Positions 25,522 to 40,232 of a DNA stretch of 64,000 nucleotides are shown here, piece after piece. Both the position numbers and the translations under genes were made by a program. Source of the DNA: Narcine bancroftii (lineage: Eukaryota); the NCBI RefSeq assembly GCF_036971445.1, contig NC_091473.1:57288001-57352000 (forward strand), given 5' to 3'. Numbering within the stretch: position 1 is the stretch's first letter; every line of letters begins with the position of its first letter. Under the pieces are notes generated by a model. It was not told the origin of the DNA and ran no database searches. It saw only the letters and a list, made by a program, of their open reading frames with translations.

Positions 25522-26205
25522 TGTAGCATCTGCTACGGCAGCGCTACGGAATCAAGAGACATCCACACAGTGTGAGGGTGAACTAGTAACTGATTTTATT
25601 CTTTGAATTCCTCGTGCTGCGTGCAGGGAAACACCCACTTCCAGTGATGTGTGCGCTGGCTTGTAGAAGTGATGTTAGCACATTGCGGCATCACTCCCTG
25701 ACCGGTGGTGCACCACCTGGAGGCAGTGATATACCCTGGGCAACACGTATCGTTAACCGTGGGATTCTCATTGGGAGTGAAGAGGGTTCCACGCCATTTT
25801 GAGTCGGACAACTGGGGCGGCGATTCGGCCTGTTTAACCGCACTGACACTTGGCCCACTACACCATCCCCCATCACCCCAGAATTGCTGCTGCCCTCTGA
25901 ATAGGTTACCATATAGTCTTTGGGCTGCCCTGAGTCCAGATATGCTGCCTTGAGGTGGTCAATCATGTACCTGTCCTGTCGCCTGTCAATGTCCAGTATA
26001 AAAATGACACCGGCCCACTGCAACACCTTGAATGGGCCTTCGTAGGGGCACTGTAGGGGTGTTCCTTGCTGTCCTCTCCGCACAAAAATATAGTCAGTAG
26101 ACTGTAGGTCTGTGGAGATGTGGCAAGGTCGAGAGCCATGCTGGGAAGATGGCAGGGGCTTCTGTTTACCTGCTTGGATCCTCAATCACTGGAGGACATC
26201 TAGGG
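25522..26205 (-). mobile_element. Gypsy LTR retrotransposon remnant (integrase tail, PPT, 3' LTR)
   Basis: YIFVRRGQ..TPLQ.PYEGPFKVL...IDHLKAA, a purine tract, and an LTR with TGTAG...CTACA ends (~25522-25861). Confidence 0.75.
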
Positions 26206-28654
26206 TACTAGACTGTGGGGTGGGGTGGAGGGGGGGTGGTTGAAGTGAATGTCTCTGGAAATGCTAAGTGGGAAACCATATACCATCTCAGCGGATGAGG
26301 CTGGACGTGGATAGGAGGGCAGGAGAGAAAAGCTGAGAATTGAATGAGGGAGGGGGATAACTGTGAATTAAGAGCTGGAGGAAAGGAGACAGAAGCATAG
26401 GGAAAGAGAAGGAGAGTGACAAGGGGTGTGAGCTGGAGGGAAGAAGACATAAAGTTAGAGAAAGAGAGAATATGAGGATTTGTTCCTCCAATTTGCAGGA
26501 GGTCTGAGTTTGGCAGTGCATGAGATCATGGACAAATAAATTGGCTTGGGAATTGGGCACTGTCTGTATGGAGTTTATATGCTCTCCTTGTGTCTGCATG
26601 GTTTGTCCCCAAGGGCTCCGGTTTCCTCCCACCTTTCAAAACATATAGGTTAGAATAAATTGGACAGCACGGACTTGTGGGCCAAAATAGCCCTGTTACT
26701 GTGCTGTATGTCTAAATTAAAAATTAAAATAGAATTGGGAGAAGTGAGATAAAAGGCTGCTTTAAGTGACAGACAAGTGGAAAAAAAATTCCTGAATCAA
26801 AATCGCTAACAACAAACAGATGATTTCATGATTTATGCCATGTTTATATGTATACAAATTAGTTACATTTCCTACATTACAACAAAGGTTACTCTTCAAA
26901 TCTTCTTCATTCATTGTGAAGCACAATGGGATGAGGCTGCATACAACCTAGTATGATCACCATTCAACAAGAACATTATCAAACAGAATCTGGCACTGAG
27001 CCATACAAGGAAATTTTTAGGATATTGAGTTGAGTTTTAAGGAAGTTTATTAAAGGAATTCTGAGCTTGAGGCAGTTGAAACCAAGGTTACAATACGCTA
27101 GAAAAACGGCAAGAAAAAAAGAGGCCACAAATGAAAGAGAACAAAATTCTCAAAGGAAGAAGATTACAAATGAAAAGAAAACCCAACATGCAGAATGGAA
27201 AGCAAGGATAGGATTTCTATCATAGTTAAAATCACTGTACATTATCGCCAGTGGAGGATGCAATGTGAAAGTGTTTAATACAGTGCCTTAATGCATTGCA
27301 TTGAATTCTTTGCCTGCTATCAAGTAGCATCCTTCAATATCATCTTGGAGAGAGAATGTCACTAACAAAGTCAACAGGAGAAATTTGAAACATCTCAAGA
27401 GCTTCCAATTGCTGTGGCTAATCCTTAAAACAAGGATTGATTGTTCAGTGTAATAGCTGAGTTGCACACAGAACAATGTTCTGTGAAATTGTACCATCTG
27501 TTCACCCTGATCTCTTTTTTTTCCCCATTCACATGGAGTAAATGTGTTAATTATGTGGTAGGTTTTGGTCGACTGAATTGAAGGATATTTTGACAGTACT
27601 CTCCATTGCTTCTCAAATTGGCTCCATTCCTGACACTTTGTTCCATCTCATCTATATTCCTTAACCTCTAGATCTCCATAATGTCACATTGCTCTTTCCT
27701 GTTTGTTTGGTTGCCTTTCTTACTACTGTAAAGAATCTAAATAAAAACAAGGTTCTTATTCCCGATCAGGCATGGTGTACATTTAAAAAAGAGAAACATT
27801 AATGAATGACTTCCTTTGAGAATTTAAGGATTTGATGAATGTGGCTTTTATTGATTTGATCTTGGTCAATGTTTCCTTCAACATACAGTATATTGAATAT
27901 TATATGCAGTCCTTGACTAAATTACCGATAGTAAACTGCATGCAACATTTGTGTACCATCCTCTTCTTTTTAGGCACTCCTCTAGAATTGAGACTGACTT
28001 TTTTTCCATTTCTGAGGTGAGTTCAAGGTGGAAATTGCAGACTTTTCCATGTATGGAGCAGGTACTCGCCGTAGGATGAACGATGTGTAGTTTGTGAGAT
28101 GCTGCTTCTGTATGCTCTTCATGCATGGATTCAGGGTTACCCATGCCATCAACACTGTTCCTTCTAAGTAGAGAGAGAGCAGTCATGACGGGCCATCCAT
28201 TGCTGATATCTGTGTGAGGTTCTGCCTCATGAAAGCAGCCAACTTCATAAGGTCCCCCATCACTTGGGTCACACCTTTTCCCACTGCTACTTTGAGGAAA
28301 AAGGTACAGATGCCCAAAAACCAGCACATCGAGGTTCGAAAACAAGTTTCTTTTCAATAGCTATCAAGCTCTTGAACCTTTCCTTTTACAAAAAAAAATC
28401 AGGATTACCCCAACAGCACAAAAGGACTATCTGCACCACTGGAAGTCATGTTTTTTTTTTGCAGTAGGATTATTGTGAATATTTATCTTTGATCTCATGT
28501 ATTTACTGTCTCTTTTAATTCAGTTAAGTTTACTATTTTTTTTTTAACAAGTGCCCATTTAACTACAGCAAGTAGGAATTGTAGAATGTATATGACAACA
28601 CACTCATTATCTTGTGTCTGCTTTCTTCCCTTCAGAGTTATTCCCTTCCACTGA

Positions 28655-28885
28655 AGTGAATTTTTAACAAGCCATTTTGGCCAATGAATCCGTGCCACCC
28701 AATTTATACCCAAATAACCCCCCAGTACGTTTTGAACGGTGGGAGGAAACCCGAGCCCCTGGGGAAAACCCAGGCACGGGGAGAATGTACAAACTCCTTA
28801 CAGACAGTGTGGGATTCAAACCCCTGTCCCAATCACTGGTGCTGTAAAGGCATTACCCTAACCGCTACGCCAACCGCACCACCCT
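28655..28885 (-). mobile_element. tRNA-derived SINE
   Basis: Reverse complement of the family at 5178-5415 (cggttggcgtagcggttag head). Confidence 0.75.
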
Positions 28886-30811
28886 AATGGAGTAACTGAA
28901 TTTTCTGGGCCTAACTTGGTGCAGGCTCATTGTCCAGTGTGACTGCAGGGAAATTGCAGGAATTCCACAAGTACTCCTATGTCAAAACACAGAGAGAGTG
29001 ATGGTAATGAGGGTATGAGTAATCTTTATATGACCAAGTTAACACAACTGTGCCTCAAAATTTATTTGTTTTATTTATCCCACCCTATAATGATGAACTC
29101 ATTGTTATTATGCTCATGGGCCAGATCCTCTCAGGAGTGGGAATATTGCATTGATTCAAGGAGAACCTGCCAAAGGGCCCAAGCCCAAAACATTAGTTAC
29201 CCTTTACTCCCTACTGATGCTGCATGACCTGCTGAGTTTCTTCAGCATGTTTGTGTATTGCCCTCAACCCCAGCATCTGCAGACTTTCTTGCTTAAGTCA
29301 ATGCAGAGGTGTAATGAGTTGGGTGTTGTGGAGGATGAGGAGAAGACAAAGGAGGATTGTCTGTGACGTGCTTGAAAGCAAGTGCAATTAAATCACGAAA
29401 GGGGTAATGTTGAAAGTGAAATATTAAAGTGAATGTAAATGGAACAAGTTGGGCAAGTGACAAATGGTGGGAAAATATAATATCAGTGTTTAGATTTGAA
29501 TCTGGATGGAGTGAAGTTTTTAATATATTCCACAAACTTCCTTTCACCACCGGCAGGTCTGTTTTAAAGAGCGAGGTTAGAGTGTAAGTGAACTGCAGAA
29601 TTAAAATGAGTCCCTGTATTATCAGGCTTGTGCTTGTGAACTGAATAAGGTACTCCCACAAAGTCATTACCTAATCTAATTCTGCTTGCCCATGGAAGAA
29701 AGATTGCACTGTGAGCAGTTAATTCAGTTCATGCAATTAGAGAGGGGAAAAAAAGTACAAATCACTAATTCATCTAGACCGAGTGTTTGGGTCCTTGGGC
29801 AGCAGGAAAAGCTTGTGGTTGTTTAGGATGTGGGAGATGTAAGAATTTATAACGACTGTTATAGAGAGCAGAAAATTGAATGATCCTTTGCCATGTTTAT
29901 TGGGAAAGGAAGGGCCATGTGCATTTGATTGTAATTCCATATTGGAGGAAATAAAAATAGCAGAAGATGATCCATCCTTTGGCCCATCATATCAATGCTG
30001 ATGAAGTTGTCCAGCAAAGCTGGTCTCTTCAGCATATGTTTGGCACATATCTCTCTAAGCCTTTGCTATCATGTCCATCCGGATCCTCTTTGTTTGCATA
30101 TGTGCAATTAAAACAAGAGACTAATTATTGAGACTGAAACAAACAAAAAGTTCCATATATCTGCTGAGAAGCTAAATCCCATGCAGGTTGACATCAGAGC
30201 ATTGTTTCTTTGGAAACAGCAAATAAGAGTCTAAGAAAAAAGTTGTTTTGTCAGTAACAAGATAATACAAGTAAAGCAGAATGTTGTGGAATGAAAATTT
30301 ATTTGGGGAAAATGAATTGACCCTGCTGCCATCTTTAGGGAGGATAGAGGTGTACACGAACTGGGTTCACTTGCTGAGAAGGAAATGTTCAGGATCAGGA
30401 AAACGGCTCATGCACTAGAAGCTTCCTGGATGTAAGTGGTAAGGGATAGAAGCAGAAGAGAGACCATAATGTAAAGAAGGAGATTGAAAGGAATGGATGT
30501 TATAGCAATGGTAAATTTGTGAAATGGTACTGTAGAGTTGAAGGCAGTGAGGTTAGATGTCATGGAGACCTGATTTACAGAGGAGATAAAGTCTGAAACA
30601 ATAGGGTGACATTTGCTAGTGGGTCACATTATAAGAGTTGAGATTTAAACTCTGTAAGGTAGAAGTCGCCAGACAAAACAAGAGCACCCCACCCCATTAG
30701 AAGGCTCAATGACGGTGATAGGGTGGACAAGAGAGAACAGAGACCTGTAGTTCAGAGGCTGTTAGATTCCAACATTGGTAAATATTTCAAATGAAGAAAA
30801 GGATGGTGTTT

Positions 30812-31437
30812 TGTTTGGAAAGTATCAGGTTTGGTGGTTTCACAGAGAGACTAATCTGTTCACATGTTAAAATCAAAGATAACTTTATTGAACACCTGGG
30901 AGACAAACAGGGGAAGGCATCAAACAATGCTTAATTACTCTACTACTAAACAACTATATAGATATTCATATTGGACCCAGGTTGGACTCTAATACCAGTG
31001 GCCACCTATCTTCTACATGCTCCCACACGTGTTCACACTTCACAGACAGGGATTATCAAGTACTCTACAAATTCCCTGTACTAATGGGGGTGCAGCTCTC
31101 TGTAAGCACTGATCTATCACAATACTACAGCTCAACTTAAGTGTAGTGCACACCTTACCCACGACTCTTCCAGCAATGTCCACAGTAGCAACCTGGCAAG
31201 GAGCAATGTCCAGGACTTGAACAAGAGGCAGAGAGAGATAAATGTGGTCTGCATCAATACTGTTCTGAGCAGGGCGTCTGCCCACTGATGACACTGAATC
31301 ATTTAACTGAGCCAATGGTAAGGTGTGCACTAATGGGAGGCCAGAGTTCAACCTTCATTGACAGATGATACGACTTCCAATTAAGTTTCTGACAGGGAGG
31401 TCACGTGACCATCCACAATCCACAATATTCCAGACAG
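30812..31437 (-). mobile_element. Possible solo LTR
   Basis: tgtttggaaagtat ... atattccagaca imperfect inverted termini, and a minus-strand AATAAA at ~30884-30889. Confidence 0.4.
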
Positions 31438-32649
31438 ATAGGGAGGCCACATGTTCGTCCACAATCCAAATATAACAGAAGGATAGCTGTTTAAAAACAA
31501 AATGTAAAAGAGGTAGATCATTTATATACAATGAGGATTTAAAAAACAAGGTTATCAAATACAAATGAATTGTATTTCTGACATGCAAATATCAAAATCT
31601 TGCAGATTATTTTCAAGAAAATTTTGCAATTTCTGTCCCTTCCACTGAAAAAATAACCCTTTGGGATTAATTTTTAATTATTAGCAAATCAAAATATGAG
31701 TTCTATGTACTTTTCTACAAGCTCCAATCAAGGTATACAGATCAAGAGATTCGAAAGTTACTCATGTCTGTGGTTTCAGATCACTGGCTATAAATTGTAC
31801 TGTACTTCACTTAATGTAAGAAATCATTATATTTTGAGAGCAACGGTAGACCTAAATCAGACTGAATGCAGAGAAAATACAAAGGATCTAAAAATGTAGA
31901 ATAAGTAATACTTAATTCCAGTATCAGAAATCTGACTCTGAGAAATTCAAGGGGAATTTATTGATTGACTTCATAGATAATACATAAAATACAAGAAGAA
32001 AACTGACATGAAATTAAGAACACATTTAAAATTTCAGGAAAAAAACGATAGCTTAAAAAGGGTTGGCCATTGTTTCATTAAATGAAACATTCCAGTTCAA
32101 TGATCCTGCTCTTTCACAGGGGAAAGCATACTGATTAGTTGCTTGTGTGCAGCCTGACTTTCCCAGCAGTTCACCAGCCTTTTATTTATACTCTTACCTT
32201 TCTAAAATTTGATCTGAAATTGCAATTTAGTATAATTCTGTTCCTGTCCTGAGTGAATGGTTTTCATGCAGATGTTCTGTGTGGTATGATGAGATCTGCA
32301 ACTGAGCCAATCTCAGTGAAGATCAGTGCCAAACAATGCTGGGTCATTGCCTGAACACATACCCTAGTCTTTCTCATCACAACGTGACACCTTGTCTCCA
32401 CAAAGGTCTTGCAGGACTGGAACTAAGTTTCAGATCTGACCTACAGTGACCACTATTCAGAATCAAGGCCATATGAGCCTCAGTAATCAAGCTGTTGTAT
32501 GCAGGTGATGTTTGCCTTTGCTTGCATTACTAGGCTGAGCTCCAAGCATCTTTATCCCATTCACTGAAGTCTATGGGAGAACAGGCCTTATAGTCAACAT
32601 CCACATGATAAAGATTTTCTACCAACCTGCCACCTCTGCACCGCACTGT

Positions 32650-33665
32650 CATGTCATCGTGAAGAAAGCAGGTCCTCAGGAGCTTGTGGAGGTTTGGTAT
32701 GACAACAGAAATATTGGCACACTTCCACAGATGTGTAGTGGAAAGTGTGCTGACTAGCTGCATCATGGCCTTGTATGGAGGCACTAATAGCTCTGAGTGG
32801 AAACCCCTGTAAAAAGGTAATGGTTACAGCTCAGTACATCATAGGCAAAATTCTCCTCACCATCTAGAACATTGGTTCTCAACCTTTTTCTTTCCACTCA
32901 TATACCACTTTAAATAATCCCTATGCCATAGATACTCGGTGATTAGTAAGAGATTGCTTAAGGTAATATGTGGATGGGAAGCTATGTGGATGTGAGACCC
33001 AATTGTTACAGAAATATTTTGCTTGAGAAAAATTGTTATTTGCCCATTTCCTTTGGAGTTGTGAAACCGTGCATTCAACGAGTCAATTAGGGATGATTAA
33101 AACAGTGGTTTTCAAACTTTTTCTTTCCACCCACATACCACCTTAAGCAATCCCTTACTAATCACAGAGCATCTATGGCGTAGGGAATACTTAAAGTCAT
33201 ATGTGAGAGGAAAGAAAAAGGTTGAGAACCACTGATCTAGAAAATCTACATGAAACACTTCCATGGGAGAGAAGCAGCAATCATCAAGGATCCACACCAC
33301 CCAGGGCATACTCTGTTCTCACTGCTGCCATCAGAAAAGAGGTATTGGTGCCTCAAGATTCATACAAGCAGGTTCAAAAACAGTTGACACCCCTCCACCA
33401 TCAGATTCCTCAATGACAAACTCAATCAGAGACTCATTTAAGGATGCTCATTTGCACTTTATTTATTATTCAATTTTTTTCTGTATTGCACAGTCAGATT
33501 TTAACATTTCTTTCATTGTTTACATTTCTCTCTTTGGGTGTATTTTTCTTGACTACTATTTACAGTGACCAGTAAGTAGAATTTCTGCCTGGCCTGCAGG
33601 AAAAAAAGAATTTTAAGAGTTGTATATTTTGTATTTACTCTGACAATAAATCTGAATTTTGAACT
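32650..33665 (+). mobile_element. Rex1/Babar-type LINE 3' fragment carrying a hAT MITE
   Basis: Similar to 24600-25225. Confidence 0.7.
32870..33234. mobile_element. hAT (Charlie-like) MITE
   Basis: TIRs ca(t)tggttctcaacctttt ... aaaaggttgagaaccactg, 8-bp TSD atctagaa (32862-32869 / 33235-33242). Confidence 0.9.
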
Positions 33666-34204
33666 TAAAATTTTGAACAATTTTCCAACCATAAACATTC
33701 ATGGTGAGACACTGGAAAACTGACCTCCATCATATATTTTGGGAGTTATGCTTGGCATAAGCAGATACCATTAATGTAATTCACCATTGACTTCAGAGCA
33801 CCAGCATAGCATGTAATTGGTTGAGGAAATTGGTATTTGATGATCAAGATCCTTAACTTTTCTTTCTTTTCCTTTCGTTTTTGGGGGGAGGGGATAGGGG
33901 AGAAAAAAATGTTAAAATTGTATCATCTTGTATTGAATAGTATTATAATGTACTATTTATATATAATTGAGTAATTGTTTGTTACTGATACAAGTGATAA
34001 ATAAACTTTTCAAAAAAAACCTTTAACTTAAATCTAATGAGCAGTGGCAATCCCTTCCCTTCTATGCACTTCAGAATCTACCTATAGGAAACAGCCAAAG
34101 ATATCACAAATGCTGTATTCTGAAGATCTGCAAATCCAGATAAGAGAACCAGCATCAGTGATCTTTCCCAGATAATCCGCTCCTTTTGAGCATTAACTTC
34201 GCCT

Positions 34205-34797
34205 CAATAACACACAGAAGTGCTGGAGAATTTCAGCAAATCCAGCAGTGTCCATTGCAGGCAAAAAATATATTACCAAATGTTTCGGGCCTGAGCCCTT
34301 CAACAAGATATGAGCAAAAGGCAGGCAGCTGTTTGAATAGAAAAGTGGGGGTTGGGGAGTGGGAGGAATGAGGGGGAAAGTGGAGGAGTACAGGCTAACA
34401 GCCTAGAGGCCATAGCTAGACATGGATAGGAGGACTGGAGAGAAAAGCTGAGAATTGATCGGGGTGGGGGGGTGGGGGGGAGCTGTGAATGCAGAGACAT
34501 AGGGATTTGAAAGAAAGAGACTGTTTCCTTGTAAGGACTCTATTCCTTTCTTACAATTCATCCATCTCCATCTTATCTGCTCCCAGAAAGAGGTTTTCCA
34601 TTCCAGAACATCTTTTTTCAAAATACATGGCTTCTCCTGCACTACCATTAACCACATACCCTCTATTACTCGCACATCTGCCCTTGTACTCTCCACCCCA
34701 ATGGACAACAAGAACAGGATCCCCTTGTCCTTACCTACTACCCCACCAGCCTCCAAATTGAATATATTATCCTTCACAATTTCTGCTACCTACAATG
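34205..34797. mobile_element. Penelope-like fragments (terminal repeat joined to an inverted coding piece)
   Basis: 34205-34515 resembles the reverse complement of 62100-62350. 34520-34797 resembles 61460-61730. Confidence 0.6.
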
Positions 34798-35180
34798 TGT
34801 GTTAAAAAGAAGAGTGATTGGTCGGAGTGAGAGCTACAGTTAAGGGGCAGTGACAAATAAAAATAGGGGAAGCTCAAGCAGAGTGAGCATGGTGGTAGTG
34901 GCTCAGCGAGGAAGTGGAACTTGAGGCTTTGGTGAGAAGAGGCTGAGGACGAGCTTCTTTCAGTAAAGATAAGGCTAGGTAAGGTCTTTGCAAAAACAAA
35001 GAATAGGTTGGCAGCTAGAGTAGTGCAATGCTCCAAATGCAGTATGTGGGAAATCTGGAACGCCACAATTTTCCCTGATGACTAAATCTGCAAGGGGTGC
35101 ATCCAACTGCAGCTCCTTGGAGACCAAGTTAAGGAACTGGAGCTGAATGAATGCAGATCATTCAGGAGGCAGAGGAAGTA

Positions 35181-35782
35181 GCTGTTTTCACACTGCAGGC
35201 GAGCGGTGACCCTACTTTGTCCCAGTGAAATTCCCAGGAGTTCAGGACCTCCCGGGCCTTTCACACCGTGGTTCAAATTCCTGGGAATTTGCCCTCCTCT
35301 GCAATTTGAGGGGGTGGTGGTCCTGCCCCAGCCGTTAACACATAACTCACTCACAGGAGTAAGAGTAAGTTCACCCCCCCTGCCCATCCATCTGTCAGTT
35401 GCCCGCCTGCTCACTTGCTCGGTCTCTTCCCCCCCCCCCCCCCACACTGGCTGCTGGGCTGCGCACCGCCCCGCGCACCAATTCCCCCTCCCCCCATGTT
35501 TTGGCACTTTGACGGTGGCACAATGAGGGATGAATGGTCGACTTAATTTCCCATAATCAATCACGCAGCTGGAACCACTCTGAGAAATCCAGCTACGTGA
35601 GGGATTATGGTTAACAAGGACAGGCATACATCCTGCATTGTGCTGCTGTCGCGACGGGCCAAACCGGGGCTGGAGCCCCATTTAAAATTCCAGGGCTGAC
35701 CTTTTCACACCGCAGCTTCACAGGAGGGTTTCCCGGAAAATTTCCCAAGAATCTTCATTTTACACTGCATTGTGTAAAGGCC
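35181..35782. mobile_element. PIF/Harbinger-like MITE
   Basis: gctgttttcacactgca ... tgcattgtgtaaaggcc ends with internal tttcacac repeats. Interrupts CR1 ORF1. Confidence 0.65.
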
Positions 35783-36549
35783 TAGTGATAGAAACTTCAG
35801 GGAGACAGTCACCCCTCAAAAGTCAGGAGGCAGGTAGCTGGATGACTGTTATGAGAGGGAAGTGGAATGCAGAGTACCCCTGTGGCCATTCCTTTCAACA
35901 ATAAGTATAAGGATAATGTTGTGGGGGGCGGGGTGCTGTGGTGGTGGTGGTATAATCTACCAGGGAGAGGTCATGGTGATCAAGTCTCTGGCACAGAGTC
36001 TGACCCTTCGGCTCAGAAGGGAAGGGGGGAGAAGAGGAGAGCTATGGTAATTTGGGATTTGACGCAAGGTGAACAGATAGGTTTTGTGAATGAGATCGAT
36101 ATTCCCGGATGGCATGTTGCCTTCCAGGTGCCAGGTTAAGGGATGTTTATGATCGAGTACACAGCATTCTGGAGGGGGAGGGGGAGCAGCCAGATGTCAT
36201 GGTCCACATGGGGACTAAAGACATAGATAGGAGTAGGGATGAGGTCCTGAGGAGGAAATATAGGGAGTTAGGAAAGATGTTAAAAACCAAGACCTCGAGC
36301 ATGGTAATCTCAGGATTGCTACCTGTGTCATGCATAAGTGAGGGAAAGAATAGGAAGTGATGGCAGATGAATGGCTGAAGAGTTGGTGCAGGGGGCAGGG
36401 ATTCAGATTTATGAATCATTCTTCTCGGAAAGGTATGAACTGTACAAAAAGACAGGCTGCACCCGAACTGGAAGTGGGCCAATGTCCTGTTGGGCTGGAA
36501 CTGTTGGGAAGAATTTAAACTAGTTTCGCAGAGAGATGAGAACCAGAAT

Positions 36550-38790
36550 GTAGAAACATAGAAGATAGGAGCAGGAGTAGGTCATTCGACCCTTCAAGCC
36601 TGCTCCGCCATTCAACGAGATCATGGCTGATCTTAAAGTTCAGTACCCCGTCCCTGCTTTCTCTCCGTAACCTTTCATACCCTTATACTGAAGAAATATA
36701 TCTAATTCCCTCTTAAATATATTTAATGAACCTGCCTCTACTGCCCTCTGTGGCAATGAATTCCACAGATTCACCACCCTCTGGGTAAAGAAATTCCTCC
36801 TCATCTCGGTCCTAAATGGTTTGCCTATTATCCTCAAACCATGGCCCCGGGTTCTGGATTTTCCCATCATTGGAAACATCCCATCTGCCATTCAAATAGT
36901 AATCTGCCCTCCGGTTTGTATTACCAAAGTGGATAACCTCACATTTATCCACATTGTAGTGCATTTGCTATGTATCTGCCCAGTCCCTCAATTTATCCAA
37001 ATCACACTGGAGCTTCCTGACCCCCCTCTTCCGTGCACACAACCCCTCCTAGCTTAGTGTCATCTGCAAATTTGGAGATATTACATCCAATCCCCTCATC
37101 CAGATCATTAATGTAAATTGTGAACAGCTGGGGTCCCAGTACAGATCCCTGTGGCACCCCACTGGTCACCGCCTGCCACTCAGAAAATGAGCCATTTATC
37201 CCAACTCTCTGTCTTCTACCTGCCAGCCAGTTCTCAATCCACATCAATACTTTGCCCTCAATCCATTGAGCCTTGATTTTGTAAGCCAGTCGTTTATGCG
37301 GGATCTTATCGAAGGCCTTTTGGAAGTCCAGGTACACCACATCCACTGGCTCTCCCCCATCTATTTTACCTGTCACCATCTCAAAGAATTCCAATAGATT
37401 TGTCAAGCACGATTTACCATTTGTAAATCTATGTTGACTCTGTCCGATCCCTTCTCTGCTAGTCATATGCTCCGCTATTACATCCTTAATAATGGATTCC
37501 ATCATTTTGTCCACTACTGATGTAAGGCTCACTGGCCTATAATTCTCTGCTTTTTTTCTACTCCCTTTTTAAATAGTGGGGTAACATTAGCTACCCTCCA
37601 ATCCATGGGTACTGATCCTGAGTCTATCGAGTTCTGGAAAATAATTCTTAAAGCATCTGCTATCTGAATGGCCACTTCCTTAAGTACCCTAGGATATAGA
37701 TTATCAGGCCCTTGGAATTTATCTGCCTTCAATCCCATCAATTTCCCCAAGACCATGTCCTTAGAGATACTGATTTCTTTCAGTTCCTCCCTTGCATTAG
37801 TCTCTATGTTTCCCAACATCCTTGGGAGGTTATTTGTATCCTCTCTTGTAAAAACAGAACTAAAGTAAGAATTTAATTGCTCTGCCATTTCCTTATTCCC
37901 CATTATATATTCCCCTGATTCTGACTGCAAAGGACCTACTCTGGATTTCACCAATCTTTTCCTCTTGACATATTTATAAAAGCTTTTGCAGTCGGTTTTT
38001 ATATTTGCCGCAAGCTTACTTTTGTAATTTATTTTTGGTCTCTTGATTAATCCCTTTGTCCTCCTTTGGTGCATCTTGAACTGCTCCCAGTCTTCGGTTG
38101 TGGTACATTTTTTGGCCAATTGATATGCTCTCTCTTTGGATCTAATGCTGTCTCTAATTTCCCTTGTTATCCACGGTTGAGTCACCTTTTTTGGTTTATT
38201 TTTATGCCAAACCGGTATAAATGATTTTTGCAATTTCTCCATTAGATCTATCCACAGTCAACTTCCCCATAAACACCACCCAATCAATCTTACTCAACAC
38301 CCGTCTCATACCATTATAATTCCCTTTATTTAAATTCAGGACCTTAGTCTCGGTTTTAATTTAATCACTCTCCATGTCGAGTGAGAATTCGATCATATTG
38401 TGATCGCTCCTACCCAAAGGGCCTCGTACAACAAGATTGTTGATTAGCCCCTTATCATTGCATAATACCCAATCTAAAATGGCGTGCTCCCGAGTTGGTT
38501 CCTCGACATATTGGTCTAGATAACCGTCCCGTAAACATTCAAGGAATTCCTCCTCCTCAGTATTTTTACTAATTTGGCTAGTCCAATCTATATGTAAATT
38601 AAAGTCTCCCATGATGACAGCTGTTCCCTTATTGCACGCTTTTCTAATTTCTCTTTTAGTGCCTTCCCTCACCTCTGCACTACTATTTGGAGGCCTATAT
38701 ACCACCCCCACTAATGTTTTCCGCCCTTTGCTATTCCTCAGTTCTACCCGTATAGATTCCGCATCTTCCGAGTTGATATCCTTTCTGTCA
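36550..38790 (-). mobile_element. CR1 LINE ORF2 (APE endonuclease and RT), 5'-truncated, with internal deletions
   Basis: [44 protein letters not shown] and NFFTQRVVNLWNSLP motifs. Confidence 0.92.
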
Positions 38791-39494
38791 AATGTGAGGG
38801 CAGATGATAGTGCAGAGGGTGAAAAGGATGATGCAATATGTTGTAGGTGTGTGAGGAGGGACAGGCGGAGGAGGAAGCAGAAATGTAGTCAGTTGGAGGG
38901 TTTGAAATGTGTCAATTTCAATGCAAGGAATATAAGAAATAAAGAAGATTAATGTAAAGCATGGATCAGGATGTTGAATTACAATGTTGTAGCTGTTACA
39001 GAGACATGGCTGGCAGAAGAGCAGGATTGATTGATGCAGATACTGGGGTTTAGATTTTTTAAAAGGGGGGGGTAAGTGTAGTATTATGGGACAGGGATAA
39101 CATCATGGCTATAGAAAGGGAGGACACTCAGAGGGAGTGTCTACTGAGTTGATGCACTGTATGGGGAATAGTCTATCAGCCCACAAATAACCCTCAGGAC
39201 AACAAAGAAGAGATAAGCAGGCAGGTTTGGGAATGGTGCAAAAATTACAGGGCTATTATTACGGGGAGACAACATAATATTGATTGGCACTTCCCTGACT
39301 GCAAGAGCAATAGATGGAGCTGAATTTGACAGGTGTGTGTTAGAAGGATTCCTGACACCGTATGTGGACCAGCTGATGAGACAAGAGGCCATATTGGATC
39401 TAGTACTGGGTAATGAACCTAGTCAGGTGGCAGACCACTCAGTGGAGGAGCATTTCAGTGAGAGTGACCTGAACTCCCTGAGCTTTAGCATAGC

Positions 39495-39785
39495 CAAGAT
39501 GCCAAAAGCTTCCTTTACAACCCTGTCTACCTGTGATGCCTCTTTCTAAGATTATGTATCTGTTTTCACAGATTCTTTTGTTCCTCTGCACTCCTTAGTG
39601 ACCTACCATTGACCATGTATGTCCTACCTTGGTTTGTCCTTTCAAAATGCATCACTTCACATTTCTCTGCATTAAATTCCATCTGCCATTTTCTGGTCCA
39701 TTTTTTTCCAGTTGGCACAGATCCCTCTACAAGCTTTGAAAACCTTCCTCACTGTCCACAACATCTCCAATCTTAGTGTCATGTA
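39495..39785 (-). mobile_element. CR1 RT fragment
   Basis: Reverse complement gives DTKIG...WQMEFNAEKCEVMHF. Confidence 0.7.
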
Positions 39786-40232
39786 TTCCCTGAAAACATG
39801 CAATATCCCGACTCACTCCTAAAAAAATTCTGACCTATTGTTACCAAAGCAGAGAAGGGACAATAAAATTAATGCCTGATACAATGCTGTCAATAAATTG
39901 TTATTGGTAAAATCAAATAGTTGCATTTTCATGGGCAGAACCTTGGGATTGAGGATGGCTTGTTTCCTTTTGGATTCTCTGGATGATGGATGTGCCACAG
40001 ATGGTGCAGAAGGTGTCTGATCGAATGGTCAGGTGAGTAATTTATAAGCAATTTACATCAGATTTTCTTCAGATTGAGTTTTTAATACCAGCCCAGTTAA
40101 AATGGGCATTTTTTGTGCATAGAAAGAAAATATTAAATGGCAAAAATAAAATAAGATTAAAAATAATTATGTTCAAATATAAACAGATAGCCCAATATAA
40201 TTGCAGTATAGAAAGGTACTCTGGTGAGGAGA

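Larger units (their letters stand above)
34800..39495 (+). mobile_element. CR1 LINE 5' part (5'UTR, ORF1 zinc finger and esterase, start of ORF2), split by a MITE and an antisense CR1
   Basis: CSKCSMWEI...CKGCIQLQLL, CCLPGARLRDV...VHMGTKDI, LKCVNFNARNIRNK, AILDLVLGNEP...SD. Confidence 0.8.
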
